IMG/VR virus record: IMGVR_UViG_3300015615_000629
Location: 160,001 to 224,000 of that record
Reading direction: 5' to 3' (one strand)
Origin: a virus
Taxonomy: Duplodnaviria > Heunggongvirae > Uroviricota > Caudoviricetes
Length of the DNA stretch: 64,000 nucleotides
Below are positions 47,641-58,087 of the stretch, piece after piece (position 1 is the first letter of the stretch; every line of letters begins with the position of its first letter). Both the position numbers and the translations under genes were made by a program. A model generated the notes under the pieces. The model was given only the letters and a program-made list of their open reading frames with translations. It was not told the DNA's origin and did no database searches.

Positions 47641-48716
47641 TTTGTGACCCTTATAAAATTCCCATTGCCTATTAGTTTTTGTAATTTATTACAATTATTG
47701 TAAGTACAACAACTTGCCAGACTTCCCTTTATATCTTGAATTAAATTAACTACAGGGCCTTTATAGGGGATCATTAGTTCTTTCCCTTCGGAAGTCCTGT
47801 AATGCGACAGACCGCCATTATATTTATCATTGGCGGTTTTACTGGACATGCCATAAAACTTCATGGCTTTCTTAATCTGGCGTCCTGTATATTTAGTAAA
47901 ACCTTCTCCCCTTGCCGGATTCATGTTTCTAATTACTTCCGGCTCCATTTCCCATTCTGCATCGCATTCGTCGTGCCCTGCAAAAATAGTTCCAGCACAG
48001 ACCATGTGAGCACCGCCAGCAATTGCCTTGCAAAAATCCGCTGGCTGGTTGCATCCACCGTCGGAACAGATCAAAAAGCCATGCTCATCAGCGGCTTCAG
48101 CACACTTCGTTATCATTGAAAATTGTGGCCAATAAATACCAGCCTTGTTTTTAGTATTACAGGCTCCACCCCCAGCAATCCCACACCTTACAACATCTGC
48201 TCCAGCCGCCCATACGCTTAGAGCCCCCTCTGCCGTGCAAACATTACCAGCCATTATTACCTTATAAGGATAAAGCAACCTAACTTCATGCACAAATTTA
48301 AGAAAATCATACATGTAGCCATTGGCTACATCGATTAAAATATTATAAATTTCACAAGCATCGCTTATTTCTTTTAATTTATCTAAATCTGAATCGCCGA
48401 TACCAATGGAAATAAAGGTGCTTTTCGCTAAATCAGGATTAATCTTGTAAAAATTGATTATATCGTGGGCAGGATGGTACTTATGAAGTGCCGTCATCAT
48501 TCCATGTTCGGAAAGAGCAGTCGCCATAGGAAATGAGGCAATCGTATCCATATTGGTACAAATTACCGGACATAGTCTTAATTTCTGATTAGAAACAGGT
48601 GTAAGATACTCACAGGTCAAGTCTACATCGGCTCTGGAGCGAACTTGACTAATGCCAATAGGATAGAGGGCAACGTCATCAAAGCCTAATTGTGGCTTAG
48701 TTAAAATATTTACCAT
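47637..48716 (-). CDS. guaC: GMP reductase
   Basis: NMDT, IDVANGY, MAGNV, GIAGGGACNT, SDGGC, FYGMSS, YRTSEGK. Confidence 0.92.
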   Translation of the reverse strand: MVNILTKPQLGFDDVALYPIGISQVRSRADVDLTCEYLTPVSNQKLRLCPVICTNMDTIASFPMATALSEHGMMTALHKYHPAHDIINFYKINPDLAKSTFISIGIGDSDLDKLKEISDACEIYNILIDVANGYMYDFLKFVHEVRLLYPYKVIMAGNVCTAEGALSVWAAGADVVRCGIAGGGACNTKNKAGIYWPQFSMITKCAEAADEHGFLICSDGGCNQPADFCKAIAGGAHMVCAGTIFAGHDECDAEWEMEPEVIRNMNPARGEGFTKYTGRQIKKAMKFYGMSSKTANDKYNGGLSHYRTSEGKELMIPYKGPVVNLIQDIKGSLASCCTYNNCNKLQKLIGNGNFIRVTK

Positions 48717-49039
48717 TTTAAAGGTGTCTTAAATTTTATATTTTCTTCGTCTACTTCAACAACTTTAATTATTTTAACGGTTTGAAGTATTTCACGCAAG
48801 CCGTCTAAAGAACTTATCTCAACATTTTCTGAAAATTGAATATCCGGCTCGCCAAAACAAAAAAGAACGCGAGCATTATCTTTGTAAAAAAGAGAGATTG
48901 GTGGTTGTCTAAGATCAACAAATTCTACAAAGTTTTCCCAGTTGTATAGAAAAAGAGCGAACCAACGACGTTTTACACACTCAAGGCATGGTTGGTAAGG
49001 AGTTACAGTAAATTTACATTCGTAGCAGATTTCATCCAT
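48710..49039 (-). CDS. Hypothetical protein
   Basis: 109-aa ORF with two CxxC. Confidence 0.5.
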   Translation of the reverse strand: MDEICYECKFTVTPYQPCLECVKRRWFALFLYNWENFVEFVDLRQPPISLFYKDNARVLFCFGEPDIQFSENVEISSLDGLREILQTVKIIKVVEVDEENIKFKTPLKW

Positions 49040-49134
49040 TGAAAAAAATTACCTTGCCCCATACTGACCGCCTTCCATCTCGATTAAGGGACCAAGGCAT
49101 TACTCCATTACTACTATTTACTGGTAATAATCAA

Positions 49135-50661
49135 TTATCTGCTTACCCGAACGTAATATTTACCATCTTCATTTACCAACTCAAAATCATTCCCTAACGA
49201 CACCGTCTGTCCTCTTTTTGGCAATTCCCCGCCTCCATGTCTTTTTAACAATCCCCTGGCTTTTTGTGGTGATACGAGTCCTTCAACCCAATCTTTGCCC
49301 ATCTTCCGCATCAAATTTCGTTTTTTGTCCTTATAAGCATCTTCCGCCATTTCATGGTCATAAACTTTATTCAAATACTCTTCAATTTCTTCTGGCAACT
49401 CTAAATAACGTGCTAATTTTGCCAGCCTAAATAACCACCATGTATCCTGCCTATCAACTGTTCCGCTGAACATTTCGACTATTGTTTTAGTAGCAACAGA
49501 CTTAATACGCCTCACCGCTGCATCTAAACCAACCGATTTCCAAAATTCTTCATTTTCAAGGATATGACCAGCTGTTTCGGAAATGTATGTAATTTCCTTG
49601 GGGTCTTCTAAATTCTTCCAAAATTCAGAAGGCAACGGCTCCATGTGTTCGCTAGAGACACCCATATTAACATCTAGCAGAATTAAAGCCTGATGTGCCA
49701 ACCAACCAGCCGTATTCCGGTTAGGGTCACCTTTTTCAGTTAATACCCTCTCCAATAAATCAAAAATTTTACCATCTTGCTTTTCAGACGCATATACAAA
49801 CAAATGCAATACGCAATTGTTGGCATTATGGGCATAAACCTTTTTATACAAATCCCGAACCGGTATTCTATGATTCTTGGGTTGTAAATTGGGGATTTTC
49901 CAACGAGCCACATCACGCTTGATGTAATTGTTAGTATTCGGATACTTATCCGCCGACACCTCAGCCATAAATAGCATTTGCTCTAGATATTTTGTAAATG
50001 AAGAATGGTAGTCATCATGAGTTTCTTTGCCAGATTTACTGTAAACAATTTCTTCCCTACCGCCCGAACGATTTGAAACCTCATAAAATTCAATTATATC
50101 ATGATCGATTAATGGCTGAATAGCCTTTTTCATTATGTTAATGACGCTTCTCACAACACTTGGGGCATCATAGGCTTCAATTACCACTGTCCATGCCCCA
50201 GATTCCTTAGAGACACTAAAAGTGTTGGTTACTTTCGCCATATGAGAGGCTTTTTCTCTAGGATTAGGCGAAGTTTGGAAATCCGTAGGTTCTGTTCTTA
50301 AATCTTTTCCAGTCTCTTTATTGATCAAATCAACAAAATGAGATTCACCTTCTTTCCAAGGGACGAACTTAAAATTGCTGGCTCTCAACAATTTTATAAG
50401 ATTCTCAGTAAAGGCAATATCTGCCCCTGATTCCATTGTCTGAGTTTTTGTAATTACGACATAATTGCTTCTAGAACCTACGTTAGCCCAACCTACCAAA
50501 TTTCCTTTTCTAGGGATTACATTCCAGGTAGAATAAGATTTATCATCCTGATAGTTGAATTCTTTAAAATTAGGAACAGTATCTTCTGCCGAAACCAATT
50601 GGGCTTCCCCACGATTGGTTTGAATGACAATTCCTTCTGTGAGCCAAAGCTTAAAATCCAT
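49135..50661 (-). CDS. Large protein with MDFKLWLTE leader
   Basis: Leader; TAAATA 4 nt upstream. Confidence 0.65.
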   Translation of the reverse strand: MDFKLWLTEGIVIQTNRGEAQLVSAEDTVPNFKEFNYQDDKSYSTWNVIPRKGNLVGWANVGSRSNYVVITKTQTMESGADIAFTENLIKLLRASNFKFVPWKEGESHFVDLINKETGKDLRTEPTDFQTSPNPREKASHMAKVTNTFSVSKESGAWTVVIEAYDAPSVVRSVINIMKKAIQPLIDHDIIEFYEVSNRSGGREEIVYSKSGKETHDDYHSSFTKYLEQMLFMAEVSADKYPNTNNYIKRDVARWKIPNLQPKNHRIPVRDLYKKVYAHNANNCVLHLFVYASEKQDGKIFDLLERVLTEKGDPNRNTAGWLAHQALILLDVNMGVSSEHMEPLPSEFWKNLEDPKEITYISETAGHILENEEFWKSVGLDAAVRRIKSVATKTIVEMFSGTVDRQDTWWLFRLAKLARYLELPEEIEEYLNKVYDHEMAEDAYKDKKRNLMRKMGKDWVEGLVSPQKARGLLKRHGGGELPKRGQTVSLGNDFELVNEDGKYYVRVSR

Positions 50662-50664
50662 ACT

Positions 50665-51510
50665 TTATTTAGGAGATGGCTGGTAGATTTGACGGTTAAT
50701 AGGGCGTGTTTTCAACAAGCCCGCATCCAAGTCATTTATCCTTTTCCTGGCAATTTCACAATATTCAGGGTTATTATCCACCCCAATTCCTAATCGGTTG
50801 TTTTTTATAGCCGCTATTACAGCCGAACCAGAGCCACAAAAAGGGTCTAAAATGACATCTTTCTCGTTACTAGCAACCAAAATACAGCGTTCAGCTAATT
50901 CAACTGGAAATTGACAAGGATGAGCCGTTTTCTCAGGATGATTATGTTTAACATTCGGAATATGCCAGACTTCGTTCTCCCAATCCTTACAAACTATTTC
51001 CCATATATCGCCTGGATTCTTGCCTAAAGGATTGCAAGACAATTCCCCTTTTCTTGGGCCTTTAAAATATCTCTTATTTGGGTATTTGGATGGAATTCTT
51101 ACAGAATCTAAATTAAAAGTGAATTCATCTGATTTAGTGAAAAACAGAATAGTTTCATATCTTCCGCTAAAGCGTTTTTTAGCATGCAGTCCATGTTCGA
51201 AATGCCAAATAATTCGGTTTCTTAATTTAAAACCTAATTCCTTAAAAATTGGGTAATAAACAATGTCAAGCGGAACGATTTCCCCTTTGTTTATCCAGTT
51301 TCCAACTTGCCAGAAAACACTACCTGTGGATTTAAGAATACGTGGAAATTCCTTGACAACATCATGAAACGGTACAAGTTTCTTAGATTCGTATTCTTTG
51401 CCAATTCCATACGGTGGACTTGTAATTATGGTTTGAATAGAGTCGTTAGGAAGTTCCTTTAGAGACTCTAGTGAGTCAGAGCAAATAATCATATATCCCA
51501 ATAATCCCAT
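50665..51510 (-). CDS. N4-cytosine/N6-adenine DNA methyltransferase (beta class)
   Basis: TSPPY, HPCQFP, LDPFCGSGS. Confidence 0.92.
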   Translation of the reverse strand: MGLLGYMIICSDSLESLKELPNDSIQTIITSPPYGIGKEYESKKLVPFHDVVKEFPRILKSTGSVFWQVGNWINKGEIVPLDIVYYPIFKELGFKLRNRIIWHFEHGLHAKKRFSGRYETILFFTKSDEFTFNLDSVRIPSKYPNKRYFKGPRKGELSCNPLGKNPGDIWEIVCKDWENEVWHIPNVKHNHPEKTAHPCQFPVELAERCILVASNEKDVILDPFCGSGSAVIAAIKNNRLGIGVDNNPEYCEIARKRINDLDAGLLKTRPINRQIYQPSPK

Positions 51511-51797
51511 TCTTCGGGCGGATAATTTGTAACAAAAAGATTGTATGCTTCCTCGCTATCAGCATAAACCTCGTGTTCAAAATCTCCCCAAACACGCCCA
51601 TATTTCGGATGAACGGCTTCAAATGCATTAACCCATACATAATAATCTTCATGGATATCGCCAGTTATAGTCCATCCATCCGAATGAGTACGACTACTAG
51701 ATTTCTTAGCCGATTCAATACGTTTGTCTTCACAAACATATGAAGCATGAAGCGTATTTGCGTAGTGGCTGTCATAATTAAATTTTTTTGTAAACAC
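51489..51797 (-). CDS. Hypothetical protein
   Basis: 102-aa ORF. Confidence 0.5.
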   Translation of the reverse strand: MFTKKFNYDSHYANTLHASYVCEDKRIESAKKSSSRTHSDGWTITGDIHEDYYVWVNAFEAVHPKYGRVWGDFEHEVYADSEEAYNLFVTNYPPEEWDYWDI

Positions 51798-51800
51798 ATT

Positions 51801-52754
51801 TCACCATAATTTAAGTTTTTCTGCCATTAATGCCAAATCATCTCTTTTACTAAGCCCCTTTATCTTATCAATAATTTTACTGGTGGATAGATCGGGATGT
51901 AATTTACATGTTTTAACATTTTCGACACCAACAATATCACTTCCCACTACATTCTTGGCCTCGTAGTCCTGTCCTTTAATTATAAAATCTGGTTTTATTT
52001 CTTTGATAAGATTCAAAGGCGTATCTTCATCGAATGATATCACATAATCCACATCCTGTAGAGCCGTAATTAGTGCTGTTCTTTGTTCTAAAGTGAAGAT
52101 AGGTCTATCGGCACCTTTGAGACGAGTAATGCTAGCATCTGAATTTAGGGCAACAACTACTTTACCAAATTGTTTAGCAAATTTAAATACTTCTACATGG
52201 CCAGCATGAAATAAATCGAAACAGCCATTGGCAAAAGCCAATTTAAAATTTCGGTTTTTTAAAAACCCAATATCCGCTAATTTGTTCTTAATCTTCTTGT
52301 ATTCCACAATATTGTATTCAGGACAGGATTCTACTAGTCTAGATGACCAATCTCCTAAGAGAACGGGAAATTTAGTATCTGTCTTGTAGGTTACGTTTAT
52401 TTCTGTGGCTAAAACAGTATCGATCAGGTCTTGTTCTAGAAACTGTGTATAAATTTGTTCTCCACCTATAACGTATGCTTTATCTGCTTTAATCAAAGAG
52501 ATGGCATCTTGAATAGAAGGAACAAAATGAACCTTGTCGTTCTCTCCTGACAAGGTTCTACTTATTACGATATTATGACGGTCTTTTAAGGGTTTTCTTG
52601 GTAACGAGTCCCAAGTTGCTCGCCCCATCAAGACAAAATTGTTAAGAGTTGTATTTCTGAAATTTTTTAAATCACCTGGAATTTTCCACGGAATTTTGCC
52701 TCCATTTCCAATCCCACGGTTCTTATCGTAAGCTACGATAGCGATAATTTCCAT
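51801..52754 (-). CDS. Dihydrofolate reductase fused to RfaE-type nucleotidyltransferase
   Basis: IGNGGKIPWKIPGDLKNF, MGRATWDSL, IGGEQIY then NGCFDLFHAGH, LNSDASITRLKGADRPI, KGQDY, STSKII; start set at ATG 52754. Confidence 0.92.
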   Translation of the reverse strand: MEIIAIVAYDKNRGIGNGGKIPWKIPGDLKNFRNTTLNNFVLMGRATWDSLPRKPLKDRHNIVISRTLSGENDKVHFVPSIQDAISLIKADKAYVIGGEQIYTQFLEQDLIDTVLATEINVTYKTDTKFPVLLGDWSSRLVESCPEYNIVEYKKIKNKLADIGFLKNRNFKLAFANGCFDLFHAGHVEVFKFAKQFGKVVVALNSDASITRLKGADRPIFTLEQRTALITALQDVDYVISFDEDTPLNLIKEIKPDFIIKGQDYEAKNVVGSDIVGVENVKTCKLHPDLSTSKIIDKIKGLSKRDDLALMAEKLKLW

Positions 52755-52762
52755 ATTTGTAT

Positions 52763-53554
52763 TTAAACAGCAATCGGTGCCTTTATCGCCGGATGGCATT
52801 TATAACCTTCTAAAGAAATATCTTCATAAAGAAAGTCGTCAATATCTTTAACATTTGGAGACAATTTCAGCTTCGGAAGTGGATATGGTTCTCTAGAGAG
52901 TTGCAATTTGACTTGTTCTATATGGTTCTTGTAAATGTGGACATCGCCACCAAACCACACTAAGTCGCCAACTTCCAACCCTGTAACTTGTGCTATAAAA
53001 TGCGTCAAAAGAGCATAACCACAGAAATTAAAGGGTATTCCTAATAAGGTATCGCATGACCTTTGAAACCAAACACAAGACAATTTCCCATTTGTTACAT
53101 TAAACTGAAAATGTGTATGGCAAGGAGCCAAGGCCATTTTAGGGATATCAGATACATTCCAGGCCGATACAAGCAACCGTCTTGAATTGGGATTGTCTTT
53201 AATCTGTTGGATTACTTCTCTAATTTGATCGATTCCATTCCAATTACGCCACTGGACGCCGTAGACTGGTCCTAAATTGCCGTCTTTATCGACCCATTCG
53301 TCCCAAATTGACACGCCATTATCATTCAAAAATTTAATGTTATGATCGCCACTTAAAAACCAGAGTAATTCAAAAACAGCAGATTTAAAATGTACTTTTT
53401 TAGTGGTTACAATAGGGAAGCCAGCACTTAAATCGGCTCTGATGCTCCTACCGAATACGCTAAGAGTGCCTATGCCTGTCCTATCGTCCTTTTCGACACC
53501 ATTTTCAAGGATGTCCTTAAGAAGATCGAGATATTGAGTTTCAAAATTAACCAT
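52763..53554 (-). CDS. thyA: Thymidylate synthase
   Basis: [40 protein letters not shown]; start set at ATG 53554. Confidence 0.97.
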   Translation of the reverse strand: MVNFETQYLDLLKDILENGVEKDDRTGIGTLSVFGRSIRADLSAGFPIVTTKKVHFKSAVFELLWFLSGDHNIKFLNDNGVSIWDEWVDKDGNLGPVYGVQWRNWNGIDQIREVIQQIKDNPNSRRLLVSAWNVSDIPKMALAPCHTHFQFNVTNGKLSCVWFQRSCDTLLGIPFNFCGYALLTHFIAQVTGLEVGDLVWFGGDVHIYKNHIEQVKLQLSREPYPLPKLKLSPNVKDIDDFLYEDISLEGYKCHPAIKAPIAV

Positions 53555-54047
53555 ATACAGGTTGCCTCTCTGTTTTATAAACAATACCAGATTCAGTTCT
53601 AGTAAATTCAACAGTCATATCGCAATAAATATCACAATCCTCGCCACTCAGATATTTGAATATCTTTTTTCTAGTCTCTGCACTTAAGTCTTTGTTCAAA
53701 CTTTCAAGATAAACAGATATCTTATCACTTGTTGTAATTAAAGTGTTATTTTTATATTTGTTATTTTTGATTTTAAGCAACTTGTTCTTAATAGTCAAAA
53801 TGTTTTTTCTGGCGGTGTCGTCTAACGTTACAACCAAACCCAGCAATGGCTCCACATGTTCTGTAATGTGTAAACCAATTTCCTCTATTTCCTTCATTCC
53901 AGGGAGTTCACACCAATGTTCGCCATTGATTGACAAATCCTCCGAGTTTAAATAAAATTCATCTTTTGAACCGAACCAGAACATTAGACTTTTAAGTTCC
54001 GGCGTATTAGCAAAAAACTTCTCAATTTTGCTGACAAAACGTTTCAT
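53547..54047 (-). CDS. Hypothetical protein
   Basis: 166-aa ORF. Confidence 0.5.
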   Translation of the reverse strand: MKRFVSKIEKFFANTPELKSLMFWFGSKDEFYLNSEDLSINGEHWCELPGMKEIEEIGLHITEHVEPLLGLVVTLDDTARKNILTIKNKLLKIKNNKYKNNTLITTSDKISVYLESLNKDLSAETRKKIFKYLSGEDCDIYCDMTVEFTRTESGIVYKTERQPVYG

Positions 54048-54058
54048 ATATACATCCT

Positions 54059-54652
54059 ATGGATTTCCGAGTCTGGTTAGAACTAAATCAATCCGATATC
54101 GATCATTGGTCAAAATACACGATAAATCGAGTATTTAATACGGAACAAGAAGCCAGAGAATTCATTTTCCACACACTTCAACGTTATGATGCCTCATCAA
54201 GTGGCCAAGTCTTTGGCGTCCAAGGGCCAGATAAAAACAGAGAATTCGCCAACTCCATGCCAATTTATACCTTTCGAAACAAATTTAAAATAGGCCAAAA
54301 ACCGAAATATGTTCGCAAAAAACTCACTTGGGATGAGTTTACCATCAAGCGCCCAAATTGGGAATATATCATTCAAACCGCCCAAGCAAACTCCGAACAA
54401 GACTTTGAGGTAACAAAAATACAGTTTTTCCCATTATACAAAATACTGCCAAAAGCCGATTCCATGTATCAAAATAATAATGAACCGGCCAGGATTCAAC
54501 AATTAGCCGCCGATATGAAAGAAAACAAGTGGATTGAAGCTATTATCGTAGATGTAAATGACAACTACATTCTAGAAGGACAACATAGAGCCAGAGCGGC
54601 CAAGTTACTCAAAATGACTACCGTCCCTGGTATTGGTATCGTCTATTCCTAA
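54059..54652 (+). CDS. ParB/Srx-like domain protein with MDFRVWLE leader
   Basis: LAADMKENKWIEAIIVD...ILEGQHRARAAKLL...VP. Confidence 0.7.
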   Translation: MDFRVWLELNQSDIDHWSKYTINRVFNTEQEAREFIFHTLQRYDASSSGQVFGVQGPDKNREFANSMPIYTFRNKFKIGQKPKYVRKKLTWDEFTIKRPNWEYIIQTAQANSEQDFEVTKIQFFPLYKILPKADSMYQNNNEPARIQQLAADMKENKWIEAIIVDVNDNYILEGQHRARAAKLLKMTTVPGIGIVYS

Positions 54653-55714
54653 TCTCTTTTTAGCAATCTCAAAATATTCCTTTTCCATTTCTATTCCAAT
54701 AAAATCTAAACCTAAATTTTGGGCGGCAACCCCTGTTGTCCCACTTCCCATAAAAGGGTCTAAAACAACACTTTTATTGGGCATCTTGACCAAATTACAT
54801 AAATATTCCATTAATTTCAATGGTTTAACCGTAGGATGGTTATTCTCTTTACCTTTTTCGCTCTTGGCGGCTTTTGCACAATAAAAGAACCTAGAAGCAC
54901 CACCAGAATCACCATATTCGATATTAGGAGTTCCTACAGGGCGGCTTTCAGTTCCATAAGCATTAGGACGATAACCAACGCTGGTTGACTTCTTAACCGC
55001 TCCCGTACCGCTTTTTAAAACACCTGTTTGTTCATCTAACAACTCAGCAGATTCTTCGTCTAGAATTAGATTGGTTGGCCAGCGTCCTTTATCCAAACGA
55101 CAAGCATCAATGTTTATTCCGGCTACATTATGCTTTTCTATGTTCTCAATATAAGTGCCTTCAAAAGGCTTCATTGCTAAGATAATAGGTTCCCAAGCTG
55201 GCTTAAGGGCTGTACCCCATCCATTCCACAATTTGGCAAGATCGGTGGATGGAGCAGTAATATCCCATTGTTCAGCGGAAGTATCAGAATCTAACGATTC
55301 AACATGAAAGGCTCTACTTTTCACATTTGCAGGATTTTTTAAGGTAGGATGAACACGACGGCCAACAACTTCACGGGTGGCTTTTTTAGATTTGTCAATA
55401 GATTTAGAAATATCTAATGATTTTGGAAAACCAGTGCCATAAAGCCACATCAGACAATCACGAATTTCCCAACCCGCATCTTCGATTGCACTCATAAGCC
55501 GATGGTGCGTTCTTGTTCCGCCAAATGCCAATAAAATTGCTCCTGGCTTAGCGACTCTTAGAATTTCTTTCCAGAAAATACTACCAGGAACACCGTAATC
55601 CCAATTCTTACCCATAAACGACAAACCATAAGGCGGGTCGGTTATAATAGAATCAATACTGTTTTCTGGCAGCTGCGGGAGAATTTTCAGACAATCTTCA
55701 TTTATAATCTGCAT
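54605..55714 (-). CDS. DNA methyltransferase (beta class)
   Basis: TDPPYG, LKPAWEPI, HPTVKPL, LDPFMGSGTT. Confidence 0.93.
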   Translation of the reverse strand: MQIINEDCLKILPQLPENSIDSIITDPPYGLSFMGKNWDYGVPGSIFWKEILRVAKPGAILLAFGGTRTHHRLMSAIEDAGWEIRDCLMWLYGTGFPKSLDISKSIDKSKKATREVVGRRVHPTLKNPANVKSRAFHVESLDSDTSAEQWDITAPSTDLAKLWNGWGTALKPAWEPIILAMKPFEGTYIENIEKHNVAGINIDACRLDKGRWPTNLILDEESAELLDEQTGVLKSGTGAVKKSTSVGYRPNAYGTESRPVGTPNIEYGDSGGASRFFYCAKAAKSEKGKENNHPTVKPLKLMEYLCNLVKMPNKSVVLDPFMGSGTTGVAAQNLGLDFIGIEMEKEYFEIAKKRLGIDDTNTRDGSHFE

Positions 55715-55728
55715 TCTTCAAATGTAAA

Positions 55729-56157
55729 CTAAAACATAGAAATGTCAACTATTTCTCTGGTGTGCCCGTTCATGACCGTAACGATGCCATCGTAACCATC
55801 TGCCCTTATTGCTTGACTTAATCGCTTTCCAGTTTTCTTGTAATGTTGAGATAAATTACTTTTCCAACTGTTTTCATCGTAGGAAACGCTATTTTTAGAA
55901 TTGAATGGGATTACTAGTGGGTTTTTAAAAGTAATTTCTCCAACTTCCCATCTTGAACCGGTATCTCCAGGTTCTTCGTTATGGATTACATATTTTCCGG
56001 CTGGTTCTATATCTTGTTGATAAAGTGGGCCAAAATTGGGTGCTTTTTCTTTGCCCCTTAGATATTTGAATGTGACTGATTTTCCAGTGACAAATTGGAT
56101 GCCTTGTTCGTTGGCTGTGCCGAATTCAATGTTTTCTAGCCATAATTTGAATTTCAT
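55729..56157 (-). CDS. ART-like (polyvalent-protein type) small protein with MKFKLWLE leader
   Basis: GKYV...FKNPLV...ADGYDGIV...EIV. Confidence 0.5.
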   Translation of the reverse strand: MKFKLWLENIEFGTANEQGIQFVTGKSVTFKYLRGKEKAPNFGPLYQQDIEPAGKYVIHNEEPGDTGSRWEVGEITFKNPLVIPFNSKNSVSYDENSWKSNLSQHYKKTGKRLSQAIRADGYDGIVTVMNGHTREIVDISMF

Positions 56158-57671
56158 TACATCACGAATATTTTGCCAATCATGCTGTCAAGTAGCCAAT
56201 CACAATCATTCATTAGTTCTAATTCTAAATCTCTTAAGTCTTCTGAGCCATCACCTCTTTGAAATGGGCCTTGGGGTCGTCCCCAAGCATAAGAGTGAGG
56301 CACTTGTTTAGGAAAATCGTTAAATTTAATCTTTCCTGTAGTTATGTATTGTGCCAAAAGTTCGTGAGTAAATTCGCCCAATCTAAAAATATTACCTGTC
56401 CTGGCGGATTTCATGGTTCCTAAAGATTTTGCTAAATTTAGAAGTAACGTTTGAAATTGTCTATAATTTTTTTGCTCCCCATCTTTCCAAAAACCGTAAC
56501 TCCTCTGTGGTATATCACGGTTATAGTAAAATTGCAAAAATCTACTTAACGCATTTTTAATCTTATTGTCAAACTCTTGTGCTTCTGGTTCTCTGCGTAT
56601 AGCGTGTCCAAAACGATGTGCCATAGTCCATGCTGTCATTGGAACCCGTTCGGCACCAATATTATTGGTATAAATTACAGTTATATTATCTCTGTTAATG
56701 GGTGGAAGATTTATCTTCAATTCATCTCTAAGGAATTCATCATTTACTCTACCTATTTCAGTTTGTTTGTAAGCAATAGGAGACTTCAAAAAATATAAGT
56801 CAAAATCCTGTCTTACATTCTCCCATTTTCTTTTAATTTTCTCCACACCTTTTTCGGAAGTTAAAATGCCAACATCATCAGGTTGATAGCCGTATTTTCT
56901 TTTCTTATCATCCCAATTCCCCAATAACTCGAAATGGCTAATGGGAGTTTCTAGTAATTTCTTTTTTTTAGGGCTTCTCCTAACGGGCTGCATAATTGGA
57001 CGAGCAAAACCAGCCACACATGCCGTTGAAGTTCCCTCTTCATTCTTAAGCCATTCTTTGAAACTTAAACTCTCTGAATTTAATGCCCAATGTTTCTGAC
57101 CAGGAGTTAAATCCTTCCAAGGACTTACTTTAGGAGAAGCCCCTGCTCTTAAAAGAGCCTGTTTTTTCTCATCGCCTCTAAGTAAATGCATCTTATTAAT
57201 ATCTAGACTCGCATTTGGATTAACTTTTGAAAAACCAGTTTTTTTAAATTGCTCGTATGGTATAGGTTCTTCTGAAAATCTACTATAAATTAAAGAATCG
57301 TCGTCAATTAATCCTTCTCCTTGTAGTTTTTTCATACAACCAGGAAGCAATCTCATAAAAAGATTATATGGTTGTGTAGAAGGATTTTCCTCATCGTCTG
57401 AGTTCCAGAAAGAAACAACTTTAATGCCATCTTCTCGATCAAAAGCAACTCGTCCTACCAAAAAACGGTCAATAGGACGAGATTGTGGTTCGGTTCCAAA
57501 TCTTTTTTGGTAATAATCTTTGTAGCCATCATTATTGTCATGGCTAAGATTGGCGTGTGAAAATGCTTCTCTTGACTTAAAAAGTTTGCCATCGTCTGTA
57601 TAGATAAAAGCAATTGGTTTTTGATAACGCATCATGCGGGCCAGAATGGCATCTGGAGAAACGAAAGCCAT
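56157..57671 (-). CDS. Multi-module protein with internal SFKEWLKNEE leader-like motif
   Basis: 504 aa; also HRFGH and HELLAQY motifs. Confidence 0.6.
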   Translation of the reverse strand: MAFVSPDAILARMMRYQKPIAFIYTDDGKLFKSREAFSHANLSHDNNDGYKDYYQKRFGTEPQSRPIDRFLVGRVAFDREDGIKVVSFWNSDDEENPSTQPYNLFMRLLPGCMKKLQGEGLIDDDSLIYSRFSEEPIPYEQFKKTGFSKVNPNASLDINKMHLLRGDEKKQALLRAGASPKVSPWKDLTPGQKHWALNSESLSFKEWLKNEEGTSTACVAGFARPIMQPVRRSPKKKKLLETPISHFELLGNWDDKKRKYGYQPDDVGILTSEKGVEKIKRKWENVRQDFDLYFLKSPIAYKQTEIGRVNDEFLRDELKINLPPINRDNITVIYTNNIGAERVPMTAWTMAHRFGHAIRREPEAQEFDNKIKNALSRFLQFYYNRDIPQRSYGFWKDGEQKNYRQFQTLLLNLAKSLGTMKSARTGNIFRLGEFTHELLAQYITTGKIKFNDFPKQVPHSYAWGRPQGPFQRGDGSEDLRDLELELMNDCDWLLDSMIGKIFVM

Positions 57672-58069
57672 TACATCCCTCCAGCGGCAGGCTGTTGAGC
57701 GAACGGCTGAGTTAGCATTGTATTCAACTTAGAAACAGGAATCAAATAAACCTTATTGTCCGGAGCAGTTCCCTTGGGAACCTTAACCATCTGTCCGTCA
57801 ACTGTTTTATAACGCCTTACCAACCTGTCAGATGGCCCAGCGTTCATTTGGACTTTAGCCATTGTCGGCTCGCCCCTGTCGTTATATTCATATCCAATTA
57901 TGCTAAAGGCTCCCAGATTATAAGTATCTCCTAACTTAAAGTTAGAAACGACCTGGGGAGACGCCTTAAGCACTTCTGGGTCTATCCCTAGCTCATCCTG
58001 AACAGCGGTTAAATAATCACTAGGTTTAGGGGCGGTTGTCTCAAAATATTGGCGAAACGTCAAATCCAT
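57671..58069 (-). CDS. Protein with MDLTFRQYFE leader
   Basis: Leader; TATATA 5 nt upstream. Confidence 0.65.
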   Translation of the reverse strand: MDLTFRQYFETTAPKPSDYLTAVQDELGIDPEVLKASPQVVSNFKLGDTYNLGAFSIIGYEYNDRGEPTMAKVQMNAGPSDRLVRRYKTVDGQMVKVPKGTAPDNKVYLIPVSKLNTMLTQPFAQQPAAGGM

Positions 58070-58087
58070 AATCTTATATAGATTATG
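58067..58087. promoter_or_regulatory. Palindromic bidirectional late-promoter candidate
   Basis: CATAATCT-TATAT-AGATTATG inverted repeat whose ends are the two divergent start codons. Confidence 0.6.
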
